Below are positions 1 through 8,661 of a stretch of DNA of 64,000 nt, one piece after another. The DNA is taken from NCBI GenBank assembly GCA_910587175.1, contig CAJULH010000001.1:971-64970 (forward strand). Reading direction: 5' to 3'. The DNA is from Candidatus Gastranaerophilales bacterium (GTDB lineage: Bacteria > Cyanobacteriota > Vampirovibrionia > Gastranaerophilales > Gastranaerophilaceae). The notes below the pieces were generated by a model. It was not told the DNA's origin. It made no database searches and saw nothing but the letters and a program-made list of their open reading frames with translations. A program made the position numbers and the translations under genes. How positions within the stretch are numbered: the stretch's first letter is position 1; each line of letters opens with the position of its first letter.

Positions 1-1
1 A

Positions 2-1099
2 AATTGGATTAAGGAGAATGCTGAATATACTGATGAGTGTAGTTATTGTGGCGAGTGTCACGACATTGTTTGTATGGAAACCTTAATGGAAGAAGTTATA
101 ATGAAAGGCATACGACATTATTATAGTAATGCCGAAGGCAATTTATACTGGGATAATGAAGATGATGAATTTTTCGGCACAACTTATGATATTCACGATA
201 TTATGTATGATTTTGAATGTGATATAAGTTCAAACCCTGAGGTTATAGAAGACATAAAAGAAGCAATAGGTTGTGATATCACATGGTGTAGAAGAAATCC
301 ATACTCTTCTACAGAAAGAGAAATATGTGAATATTCTTGGAAACATTTTTCAGATTTAGTTAAATATGAAAATAGATATTTTTTCTTAAATGAAGATAGT
401 GACGAAGATATGGAAATTTACTCGCCGCTGGATATACTGGATGCCATTGCGGATAAAGCAGATGGGCTTGGATTGATTAAAGCTCTACCTGTAAATACTG
501 ATTTTTATAGAGTTCGCATTTTTAAAGATAAAAAAGACTTAATTCTTGATGATGCAAATCTTGGGTCGCCACCAAAAGAAAGCGCTAATATTGACAGAAT
601 GAGTGCTTGCGGCATTTCTGTTTTTTATGCTTCGGATAAAATAGAAACTTCAATATTAGAAGCTTGCAATAAAGATTGTAGAGCCGATAAGGATATTATT
701 GCGGTAGGGCATTTTAGAAATGTGCGTGAGTTAAAATATTTAGATCTGACAGCAATTTCTACGCTAGGATTTCCCAGTATTTTTGATTTGGATAAATATA
801 AGGAAAGTGAAGATACGCTATTTTTTAAAAATTTAAATACCAGCTTGACAAAACCAATTGAGGAGTTGACTGCTATAGAATATGTTCCAACGCAAATATT
901 TGCAGAGTATTTTAGAAAAGTTAAAAACTTGGATGGAATAAAATACAATAGTTCAAAAGATAAAAATGGCATATGTTATGTTTTATTTTTTAATAATAAG
1001 CAGTGTATAAGCGATGCAAAGAAAACATTTTTAGGAAAAAGAAATAAGTGCGAATTGAAGTTAATCAATGCAAGGGTTTATTCTGGCAATGGTAATTAA
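2..1099 (+). CDS. RES-domain protein with a Cys-rich N-terminal extension (5'-partial; gene starts upstream of the window)
   Basis: The frame of ORF 74..1099 has no stop between nt 2 and 73 (NWIKENAEYTDECSYCGECHDIVC precedes METLMEE). The C-terminal half has RES-like blocks FYRVRIF, DRMSACGISVFYASDKIETSILEA and GIKYNSSKDKNGICYVLF. Confidence 0.7.
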   Translation, partial: NWIKENAEYTDECSYCGECHDIVCMETLMEEVIMKGIRHYYSNAEGNLYWDNEDDEFFGTTYDIHDIMYDFECDISSNPEVIEDIKEAIGCDITWCRRNPYSSTEREICEYSWKHFSDLVKYENRYFFLNEDSDEDMEIYSPLDILDAIADKADGLGLIKALPVNTDFYRVRIFKDKKDLILDDANLGSPPKESANIDRMSACGISVFYASDKIETSILEACNKDCRADKDIIAVGHFRNVRELKYLDLTAISTLGFPSIFDLDKYKESEDTLFFKNLNTSLTKPIEELTAIEYVPTQIFAEYFRKVKNLDGIKYNSSKDKNGICYVLFFNNKQCISDAKKTFLGKRNKCELKLINARVYSGNGN

Positions 1100-1138
1100 T
1101 AATTAATAATTAATAATATATTTATTTTAGTTATGGAG

Positions 1139-1330
1139 TTTTCCAAAATAATCAAAGTATCCGTAAAAAATAATCAAACTAAGTGTTCGTTTACAAATGC
1201 ACAAAACGAAGGCAATGTATAAAACGAAGGCAATGCATAAAACAAATTTTTGCAATCTTCAACAATCACTGTTTTTCCAAAATAATCAAACTAAGTGTTT
1301 GTTTACATCTTCAAACAATCACTATTTTCC
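1139..1330. repeat. Imperfect direct repeats (unit about 52 nt; one full copy, one partial copy and one split copy)
   Basis: ttttccaaaataatcaaa (1139-1156) plus aaaataatcaaactaagtgttcgtttaca (1167-1195) recur as tttttccaaaataatcaaactaagtgtttgtttaca (1272-1307). atcttcaacaatcactgtttttcc (1255-1278) recurs as atcttcaaacaatcactattttcc (1307-1330). Confidence 0.75.
1203..1238. repeat. 18-nt tandem duplication
   Basis: aaaacgaaggcaatgtat (1203-1220) is followed immediately by aaaacgaaggcaatgcat (1221-1238). Confidence 0.9.
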
Positions 1331-1483
1331 TTTGGGTCAAGGATTACTGCTTTTGCAAACATTGAAACAATTTTCTTTTTTATGTAATAACTTTGGACAT
1401 TTTATTTTCGTGCCTTATAAATACAGCTTTTACAATTATATATTCCGGCTATATTAAAAATAAACCTTGGTTGTTGTCCTTAT

Positions 1484-2332
1484 TTACCGAAATAAAATTA
1501 TTTTGGATACAAATCTCTTCAGCCTTACGAAAAACGGAACTATTCTTCTTGAAACAATCTTTTTTTGTATTGTTTTACCTTTGTGTGCTTCAGCAAGTTT
1601 TATTAATTTTTCTTTCTTTGCCGTCAACAAAAAAGGATAGCAGTACGAATCAATGGTTTTACCGTGTTCTGCCTCGTCTATTCTAAACGTATTTATGCAG
1701 GTATTTTTAATTAGTTCGTATTGCCTGTTATCAGCGTCAGATTTTCCAGGAAAGAAATAAAATATTCTCTCATCCGGAAATTTGGAACCTGAAATCAAAC
1801 TTATAAGTGAAAAATATTTCCCATCATCCTTATGTTGAAAAATTAAAGGATTTTCATTACTTATTTTATCCATAATGTCAAACTGCCCCGAAAAACTGAA
1901 TATTTTCTCTGCATTCATTTTTACACCACAAAGAACTGCCATATATCCGCCTGCAGAATTTCCGCATACGCTCACTTTATATCCTTTTGTTTCTTTGCAT
2001 AAAAATTCAATAACCTTATCCCGGGTGTTAATTTCAGTGTTAATACCGTCAATATACCATTGTTTGTAAATATCCCGCACAAAAATAATAAGTTTATAAT
2101 ATTTTCTTATTTTCTTGTTTTTTGCAATATTTTCCCATTCGTATCTGTCACTGTTTAAGATAACATTTTCAAAAACTTCTTTTGTATTTGGAAAATAAAG
2201 ACCATTCCCGGAGAAGAATACTATTGCATTATTTGTCCTTGCTGAAGTTTCCACAATCCGGTAATTTAAAGCTTTGTACGCCTGTCTGATAATTTCATTA
2301 CTATTTTGGAGAAATTTTTCTTCTTTTTCCAT
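1484..2332 (-). CDS. Alpha/beta-fold hydrolase-like protein of unknown specificity
   Basis: 282-aa ORF with a nucleophile elbow GNSAGG (G-x-S-x-G) followed by candidate Asp (FPGKSDADN) and His (DEAEHGK) in Ser-Asp-His order. There is no signal peptide. Confidence 0.6.
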   Translation of the reverse strand: MEKEEKFLQNSNEIIRQAYKALNYRIVETSARTNNAIVFFSGNGLYFPNTKEVFENVILNSDRYEWENIAKNKKIRKYYKLIIFVRDIYKQWYIDGINTEINTRDKVIEFLCKETKGYKVSVCGNSAGGYMAVLCGVKMNAEKIFSFSGQFDIMDKISNENPLIFQHKDDGKYFSLISLISGSKFPDERIFYFFPGKSDADNRQYELIKNTCINTFRIDEAEHGKTIDSYCYPFLLTAKKEKLIKLAEAHKGKTIQKKIVSRRIVPFFVRLKRFVSKIILFR

Positions 2333-2488
2333 CTTTTTAATCCGTTTTTCAAAATTATACTATTGAAATCTTTTTACCGTATTGCTGTAACATATTTTCA
2401 CACTATATAAATACAAACGGGTGTTCATGCTAAAATTAGTTTTAATATTTCACAACAAGAAAAACAAAAGTGATATAAAAATAAAAAC

Positions 2489-3109
2489 ATGCTAAGCAAG
2501 AAAAAAATATATACTGCAGTATTTTTAACGGTTTTTGGCATATGTCTTTTTGGTTTTATATGGTCATGGATAGTAACAAAAGACATACGTTCAAATGCTG
2601 TTTCAGACGATGTCAAATCAAGAAAAGTAACTGTCGGAAATCTTATTTTGACAGAGACAAAAGATGAAAAAGTATACTGGGAACTTTATGCTAAAAAAGG
2701 AAGTTACGACAGCGCAACAGGGCTTGTTGTCCTGGAGGATGCAACAGGAAACTTTTACAATAAAGAAAATGAAGTAGTATTGAGCATTGAATCAAACAAA
2801 GGCACATATAAAGAGGATGAAAGAATAATCACCCTTGAAGGAGATACTTTCATAGTAGCAAAAGAGGGGTATTCGATAAAAGCTGACAAAATAGTGTGGA
2901 AAGGCAGAGATGAGGATATTATAGCGGAAGGAAATATAATAGTCCAAAGCAAAGACCAATTTGAAGCCACCAGCGAAAAAGCAATTTTCAACTATGATTT
3001 TACAAAATTCCGGATTGAAGGCAATTGCAAATCCTCTGTTTATGAGCCGTACAAAGAAGGAGAAGGCAAAAAATCTTCATTTAATTTAAGCTTGGGAGCA
3101 AAAAAATAA
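2489..3109 (+). CDS. lptC: LPS export system protein LptC-like
   Basis: 206 aa with a single N-terminal TM helix (IYTAVFLTVFGICLFGFIWSWIV) followed by beta-rich LptC/OstA-like repeats. Its stop overlaps the start of an OstA-like gene, in an lpxI/lpxB context. Confidence 0.7.
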   Translation: MLSKKKIYTAVFLTVFGICLFGFIWSWIVTKDIRSNAVSDDVKSRKVTVGNLILTETKDEKVYWELYAKKGSYDSATGLVVLEDATGNFYNKENEVVLSIESNKGTYKEDERIITLEGDTFIVAKEGYSIKADKIVWKGRDEDIIAEGNIIVQSKDQFEATSEKAIFNYDFTKFRIEGNCKSSVYEPYKEGEGKKSSFNLSLGAKK

Positions 3110-4086
3110 TGAATTTAAAGAAAAAACTATGGGTATCTTTCATAATAATGTCATTTTCATTTGCAGCAGCACATGCAGCAGGTGTGGTGATTGAAGCTGC
3201 AAAACAGCAGATAAATGTGGATAAAAATAAAGGTTTCTTTTCAGGTGATGTAAAAGTAACCGTAGGGGATGTGGTTGTAAAAAGCCCGAGGGCAGAGCTT
3301 GATTTAGAACCAAAGTCTAAAAAACCTTCTCTTGCCGTATTTTTCGATAATCCATACGCTTTTCAAAACAAAGACAATAAAAAACACGAAATTAAAGCAA
3401 ACATTATGAAGGTATCATTGATAAACAAAACCCTTCGTGCAGAAGGGAACACCCAATCTATTATGATGAAAGACCGTCAGCCTCTGGTAGTTATAAATTC
3501 AGATTCACAGGAATACAACACAACAACAAAAGTTATGAGAGCAGATGGCTCTGTAATTGTGCACTACCAGGATGTTGAAACGTTCTCTGATTCCGCAAGT
3601 GCCATTATAGACAAAGGAGGAGAAATTCAAAATCTGAAACTCTCAGGAAACGTTGTTATGAAAGAAAAAACCAACGTTTTAAAAGGAAATAAATTTGAAT
3701 ACAAACCCGAAAAACAGGAATATCAAATGTCCGGAAATACAAGTACCGATGTAACATTTGATGATGGTTCAAGATTATATGTTACAGCAAGATTTCAACA
3801 GTATAATAAAAATGCAAATAATATAATAGCCGGCGGCAATGTAAAAATTAAATATAAAGACTACACCGCTGTCGGTCCAAAAGCCCAGGTATTCATAGAC
3901 TCCGCCACACAAAAACCAAACAAGGTTGTATTCACAGGAAGGTCTAAAATTACCCAGAATGCAAGTACGGTAGAGGCTGATGTTATAACAATGACTATGA
4001 ATCCAAAAGAATTTAATGCCACAGGAAATGTAAAGACAAGCATTTCAGGCTCAGACGACAATGAAGATATGGAGATAATGCCCTAA
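3109..4086 (+). CDS. lptA: LptA/OstA-like periplasmic LPS transport protein (double length)
   Basis: Signal peptide MNLKKKLWVSFIIMSFSFAAAHAAG. Repeated OstA-type motifs (GDVKV..GD..V....AELD; A.GNV.I.Y.D). Sits directly after lptC. Confidence 0.6.
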   Translation: MNLKKKLWVSFIIMSFSFAAAHAAGVVIEAAKQQINVDKNKGFFSGDVKVTVGDVVVKSPRAELDLEPKSKKPSLAVFFDNPYAFQNKDNKKHEIKANIMKVSLINKTLRAEGNTQSIMMKDRQPLVVINSDSQEYNTTTKVMRADGSVIVHYQDVETFSDSASAIIDKGGEIQNLKLSGNVVMKEKTNVLKGNKFEYKPEKQEYQMSGNTSTDVTFDDGSRLYVTARFQQYNKNANNIIAGGNVKIKYKDYTAVGPKAQVFIDSATQKPNKVVFTGRSKITQNASTVEADVITMTMNPKEFNATGNVKTSISGSDDNEDMEIMP

Positions 4087-4087
4087 G

Positions 4088-4906
4088 ATGAGTATTACAC
4101 TTGAAAATAAACAGTGCCTTATGGCAGGAGACGGAATGCTGCCTGTTAAAATGGCTCAGGCGGCAAAAGAAAACGGTTTTGATGTGGTTGCAATCTCGCT
4201 TTCAGGAGACAATTACAAAGACCTTACAAAGTACTGTTCAAAAGTCCTGTCCTTTGGTTTTGGTCAGGCAGACAGCATAAGACAGGCTCTCATTGATGAA
4301 AACATAAAACAGCTTACCTTCCTTGGCAAGGTTTCAAAAACTATGCTTTTAAAAAGACCAAAGCTTGAGCCTATGGCGATAGAATTTTTAAAGGAAGCGC
4401 CAAAATTGAACGATGACGCCATTATGCTAAAAATCGTTTCTTTAATGGAAGATATCGGCATCACAATTTTGGATCAGACTATCTTTATAAAAAGTCTTAT
4501 GGTGCAAAAAGGCATTATGACAAAAACCCAGCCCACAGAAACCCAGATGCAGGATGTTGAATACGGCTATAAAATTGCAAAAGAGATGGGAAACCTTGAT
4601 ATCGGGCAATCTGTTGTTATGAAAAACAAGATGATAATGGCAGTAGAAGCAATTGAAGGCACAGACAAATGCATTAAAAGAGGTGCAAAACTTGCACGTC
4701 ACGGCGGAGCTGTTGTGGTAAAGGTTGCAAAACCAAATCAGGACAAACGTTTTGATATTCCGACCGTTGGGCTTAAAACCTTAAGGGTAATGAAACATTA
4801 CGGTGCATCAGTTTTAGCCCTTGAAGCAGGAGAGACCATCATAGTAAACCAGGAAGCTATGGTAAAATACGCAGACAAAAATAATATGGTAATACTTGCA
4901 GTATAG
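4088..4906 (+). CDS. lpxI: UDP-2,3-diacylglucosamine pyrophosphatase LpxI (DUF1009 family)
   Basis: 272 aa with a C-terminal block RFDIPTVGLKTLRVMKHYGASVLALEAGETIIV typical of LpxI. Located immediately upstream of lpxB. Confidence 0.8.
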   Translation: MSITLENKQCLMAGDGMLPVKMAQAAKENGFDVVAISLSGDNYKDLTKYCSKVLSFGFGQADSIRQALIDENIKQLTFLGKVSKTMLLKRPKLEPMAIEFLKEAPKLNDDAIMLKIVSLMEDIGITILDQTIFIKSLMVQKGIMTKTQPTETQMQDVEYGYKIAKEMGNLDIGQSVVMKNKMIMAVEAIEGTDKCIKRGAKLARHGGAVVVKVAKPNQDKRFDIPTVGLKTLRVMKHYGASVLALEAGETIIVNQEAMVKYADKNNMVILAV

Positions 4907-5017
4907 AATTTTTAGAGCGCAGGCTTTTTTAGTTAGGGAGTATTTCAGCCTTATAAAGCCAAAACAGCGAACACAAAGGTTTTTAAACAAGCCTTTCGAC
5001 AAAATGAGGAAGTTAAT

Positions 5018-6133
5018 TTGAAAAAGGTCTTTATAATAACAGGAGAAGTTTCAGGAGACAAGCACGCAAGCGGAGTTGTGCGTGAACTTTTGCAGCTGAA
5101 TTCCGATATTCAAATTGAAGCTGTCGGCGGCGAAAACCTTCAAAAAGCAGGGGTGAAACTTTTCCACAACCACGATAAAATGGGCGCTGTGGGGCTTACA
5201 CCTTCTGTTATATTAAATCATTTTTTCCTTGGGTTAAAGATTGTAAACTATCTAAAAAACACCTTTAAGCCTGATTTAGTGCTCCTTGTGGACTACGGCG
5301 CTTTTAACCTTTCTGTTTCAAAACACCTGAAAAAAGCCGGAATTAAAACCTTTTATTTCATTCCGCCCCAAATCTGGGCATCAAGGAAGTGGCGCCTGAA
5401 AACAATGAAAAAGAATATTGACAAAGTTTTAACCATCTTCCCGTTCGAAGGAAAAATGTACGATGAAGCAGGAATTAAAAACACATACGTCGGGCACCCG
5501 CTTGTAAAAGAGCTGCCGTCTCCTGCAGACAAATCCGAATTTTTCAAAAGACACAATCTTAATCCAAATAAAAAACTTGTTTCCGTATTTCCGGGCTCCA
5601 GAATGTTTGAAATCCGGTTCCTTTTTAATATTTTTCAGCGTGCCGCAAAAATAATTGAAAAGAAAAGAAATGATGTACAATTTGTAGTATCGTATGCTGC
5701 AAATCTGCCTGACAATGCCTTTAAGACAGATTTAAAAACAATAAAGGGCGAAAACCACGCACTTTTATCGGTTTCAGATGCTCTTATCTTAGCCTCAGGC
5801 ACCGTTGCACTTGAAGCAGCGCTATATAAAACGCCTATGATTATTGCATACAAAGGACCGCTCTTTTTCTATCTTGTATATCTTCTTGTGCGGTCTATTA
5901 AAAAAGCCTGCCTTGTAAATATTATTACGGGAAAAGACATTGTGCCTGAATTTTTAATGTTTGATGCAAAGGCAGAAAAAATTGCAGAAAAAATAATCAG
6001 CATCCTTGACAGCGAAAAAGAAAAAATGCTGCAATTGAGCGGTTTTAGGGAAACAGAAGAGCTTCTGTCACAAAAACACTGCGTAGAAGAGGCTGCAAAA
6101 ATAATTAATGAAGAACTAATAAAAGAAGGATAG
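5018..6133 (+). CDS. lpxB: Lipid-A-disaccharide synthase
   Basis: TTG start, 371 aa. N-terminal ITGEVSGDKHAS, central YFIPPQIWASRKWR and SGTVALEAALYKTPMIIAYK are LpxB hallmarks. Confidence 0.9.
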   Translation: MKKVFIITGEVSGDKHASGVVRELLQLNSDIQIEAVGGENLQKAGVKLFHNHDKMGAVGLTPSVILNHFFLGLKIVNYLKNTFKPDLVLLVDYGAFNLSVSKHLKKAGIKTFYFIPPQIWASRKWRLKTMKKNIDKVLTIFPFEGKMYDEAGIKNTYVGHPLVKELPSPADKSEFFKRHNLNPNKKLVSVFPGSRMFEIRFLFNIFQRAAKIIEKKRNDVQFVVSYAANLPDNAFKTDLKTIKGENHALLSVSDALILASGTVALEAALYKTPMIIAYKGPLFFYLVYLLVRSIKKACLVNIITGKDIVPEFLMFDAKAEKIAEKIISILDSEKEKMLQLSGFRETEELLSQKHCVEEAAKIINEELIKEG

Positions 6134-6138
6134 AAAAA

Positions 6139-6720
6139 ATGGCAAATATCATCACACTTTCAAGAATATTCCTTGCATTCATTGCAATGGGGCTTTTATT
6201 TGCAGGAAACAAATTTGCCCCGATTTCGCTTGTTTTAACCATTTTTGTTATGTGGTTTGACGGGTTGGACGGATACATTGCAAGAAAATTTAATGAAACA
6301 TCAAAACTTGGTGCAGTTTTAGATATTATGGGCGACAGGATTGTTGAAAACCTTTATTGGATTTGTTTTTCGGCACTTGGCTGGATAAGCCCTGTTATTC
6401 CTGTTATTGTCCTGACCCGTGGTATAATTACAGACTCCCTAAGGTCTTTGGCTCTTGAAAAAGGATTCACACCCTTCGGCGAAAAGACTATGATGCAGGG
6501 CAAAATTGCTAAATTCATTGTGGCATCAAACTTTTCAAGGTTCACATACGCCGTATGCAAGGCTCTTGCTTTTCTGCTTTTAATTGCGGGTCATTTCAAC
6601 AGCCAATATGACCACAGTCTCTATATTGCAGGTTTAATATGCACGTATATTGCAGTCATATTCTGTGTTTTAAGGGGTTTACCCGTAATATTTGAGTCAA
6701 AAAGATTTTTAAAAGATTAA
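6139..6720 (+). CDS. pgsA: CDP-alcohol phosphatidyltransferase (PgsA-like)
   Basis: Complete D-G-x2-A-R-x8-G-x3-D-x3-D motif in DGYIARKFNETSKLGAVLDIMGD. Multi-TM protein of 193 aa. Confidence 0.7.
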   Translation: MANIITLSRIFLAFIAMGLLFAGNKFAPISLVLTIFVMWFDGLDGYIARKFNETSKLGAVLDIMGDRIVENLYWICFSALGWISPVIPVIVLTRGIITDSLRSLALEKGFTPFGEKTMMQGKIAKFIVASNFSRFTYAVCKALAFLLLIAGHFNSQYDHSLYIAGLICTYIAVIFCVLRGLPVIFESKRFLKD

Positions 6721-6756
6721 TAGAAAAATGCCACCGGAGCACGGAGCACATAATAA

Positions 6757-7251
6757 ATGAACACAAAAGACGGCAGCAAATATTTAAATATTGTGATGTT
6801 TGAACCGGAAATTCCGCAAAATACAGGAAATGTAGCGAGACTCTGCGCCTGCACTAATGCGAAATTATACCTGATTGGCAGGCTTGGCTTTTCAATGAGC
6901 GATAAATACCTAAAAAGGAGCGGGCTTGATTATTGGGATAAGCTTGAAATTGAACATATAATCGATTTTGAAGAATTTGAAAATATGTTCCCTGAAATTG
7001 ACAACCGCTGCAGATTTCACCTTTTTACCACAAAAACCGACAAGCTTTATACAGATGTTCAATACAAAGAAGGAGATTTTTTAATCTTTGGACCGGAAAC
7101 AAGGGGGTTGCCTGAAACCATACTTCAAAAATATAATAAAAACTGCACCACAATCCCAATGAATAAAATGACACGCAGTTTAAATTTATCAAACAGCATT
7201 GCAATAGGCGTATACGAAGCTATAAGGCAGTTTGGCGGCATAAAAGAATAA
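6757..7251 (+). CDS. trmL: tRNA (cytidine/uridine-2'-O)-methyltransferase TrmL (SpoU/TrmH family)
   Basis: 164 aa. NIVMFEPEIPQNTGNVARLCA at the N-terminus and LIFGPETRGLP plus SLNLSNSIAIGVYEA at the C-terminus. Confidence 0.85.
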   Translation: MNTKDGSKYLNIVMFEPEIPQNTGNVARLCACTNAKLYLIGRLGFSMSDKYLKRSGLDYWDKLEIEHIIDFEEFENMFPEIDNRCRFHLFTTKTDKLYTDVQYKEGDFLIFGPETRGLPETILQKYNKNCTTIPMNKMTRSLNLSNSIAIGVYEAIRQFGGIKE

Positions 7252-7297
7252 TTTATTTTAAACCCGCAGGCAAAGATGGTATTTTGGAGAAAAAATT

Positions 7298-8218
7298 ATG
7301 TTTTTTAAGAAAAAAGAAATAGAAGAGACAAAAAGAGAAACTGTAACCCTTGAAAAAAACTTTATTCGAAATCTCTTGCCCATCCGTTACCCGAATTCAA
7401 ACAAAGGAACATACGGCACGGTTTTAAACATTGCAGGATGCCTCTCATACCCCGGAGCAGCGTATTTGAGCTCTGTTTCTGCACTTAAGGCTGGTGCCGG
7501 GCTTGTATGCCTTGCAGGAGAAAGCAATACACTTTCAATAGTGGCTTCAAACACTCCGGATATAATATTTAAACATCTGGGCACTGCTGAAAAATTCACC
7601 ATACCAAAAGATGGCGTAAAAATTTTAAAAGATATATCAAAATATAAGGCAATATCAATAGGCTGCGGGCTTTCAACCGAGCGTTCTGCAAGAGATTTTA
7701 TTTTGAAATTTTTGAAGAATAATTTAAAATCAGAAAAGCCTTTTATAATTGATGCTGATGCCATAAATGCGCTTGCAAGCACAGACAATATGCCAATTCC
7801 CGCAAATGCTGTCATTACTCCCCATCCTCTGGAATTATCTCGTATTATGGATATGGATGTCTCAGAAATTCAGGAAGACAGGGTAAAAGCGGCATCATCT
7901 GCGGCTGATTATCTAAACTGCATAGTTGTTTTAAAAGGAAAAGATACAGTAATTGCAGCACCTGTGGAAAACATTGCATATATTAACCCGACAGGAAATT
8001 CTGCCCTTGCAAAAGGAGGAAGCGGCGATGTGCTCACAGGAATGATTGCAGGTTTTGCAGCACAGGGCTTAAAGCTCGTAGATGCTGTACTTTTAGCAGT
8101 ATACCTGCATGGAAGAGCCGGGGAGATTGCCTCAAATACTTTAACCGAATACAGTATGCTTGCATCAAACCTTGTAAACTACATACCTATTGCAATTAAG
8201 GATTTACAAGGATATTAA
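7298..8218 (+). CDS. nnrD: ADP-dependent NAD(P)H-hydrate dehydratase (YjeF C-terminal type)
   Basis: 306 aa. Motifs KGTYGTVLNIAG, IDADAINAL, VLKG..T.I and GNSALAKGGSGDVLTGMIAG. Confidence 0.85.
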   Translation: MFFKKKEIEETKRETVTLEKNFIRNLLPIRYPNSNKGTYGTVLNIAGCLSYPGAAYLSSVSALKAGAGLVCLAGESNTLSIVASNTPDIIFKHLGTAEKFTIPKDGVKILKDISKYKAISIGCGLSTERSARDFILKFLKNNLKSEKPFIIDADAINALASTDNMPIPANAVITPHPLELSRIMDMDVSEIQEDRVKAASSAADYLNCIVVLKGKDTVIAAPVENIAYINPTGNSALAKGGSGDVLTGMIAGFAAQGLKLVDAVLLAVYLHGRAGEIASNTLTEYSMLASNLVNYIPIAIKDLQGY

Positions 8219-8661
8219 AATATATAAAATATCTGCCGAAATCTTCCTGCGGGAAATACAAGCATTGTGGCACCCGGGCACAAAACGCCGCAAAATAAAG
8301 CATTGGGGTTTTTTACTCCCAAAGATACAACTATCGCAGCACCCAAATGCAGTGCAGAATATGTGGCGGAAAAATCCTCACTCTGGCACAAAAAAAACGG
8401 CTATCTTTAAAATAAAGAGGTCGCCGTGATGGATAGAATTAGTATTACGGAGTTTATAGAGGAGTTTACATCTCTATAATTCACCTCAAAATTTTTTTTT
8501 GCTAAAGTTTTAATTTTTTGTCAACTATTTTTACAAAAGTTTACAAATAAAGATTAAATACTCAAAAGCGTTGTACTGGCGGCTTTTGACAAATAAAACT
8601 TTATAGGCTTATACCTGCAGACTGCTCTTTTTAAAAGATGCAATCATAAAAACCATGCCAT

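Noticed and set aside
1139-1330. Possible degenerate CRISPR array in the RES/hydrolase spacer
   Set aside because: The repeat units abut or overlap each other without unique spacers of regular length, the copies are imperfect, and no cas genes are in the window.
1183-1686. Three plus-strand ORFs of 60-97 aa (1183..1365, 1197..1457, 1393..1686)
   Set aside because: They are translations of the repeat-rich AT spacer (for example KRRQCIKRRQCIK from the 18-nt tandem) and of the antisense of the hydrolase gene. They have no SD and an implausible composition.
8190-8429. 79-aa ORF overlapping the end of nnrD
   Set aside because: It has a highly basic, low-complexity translation, starts inside nnrD and has no SD. 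The region is better treated as non-coding (see the finding for 8219-8661).
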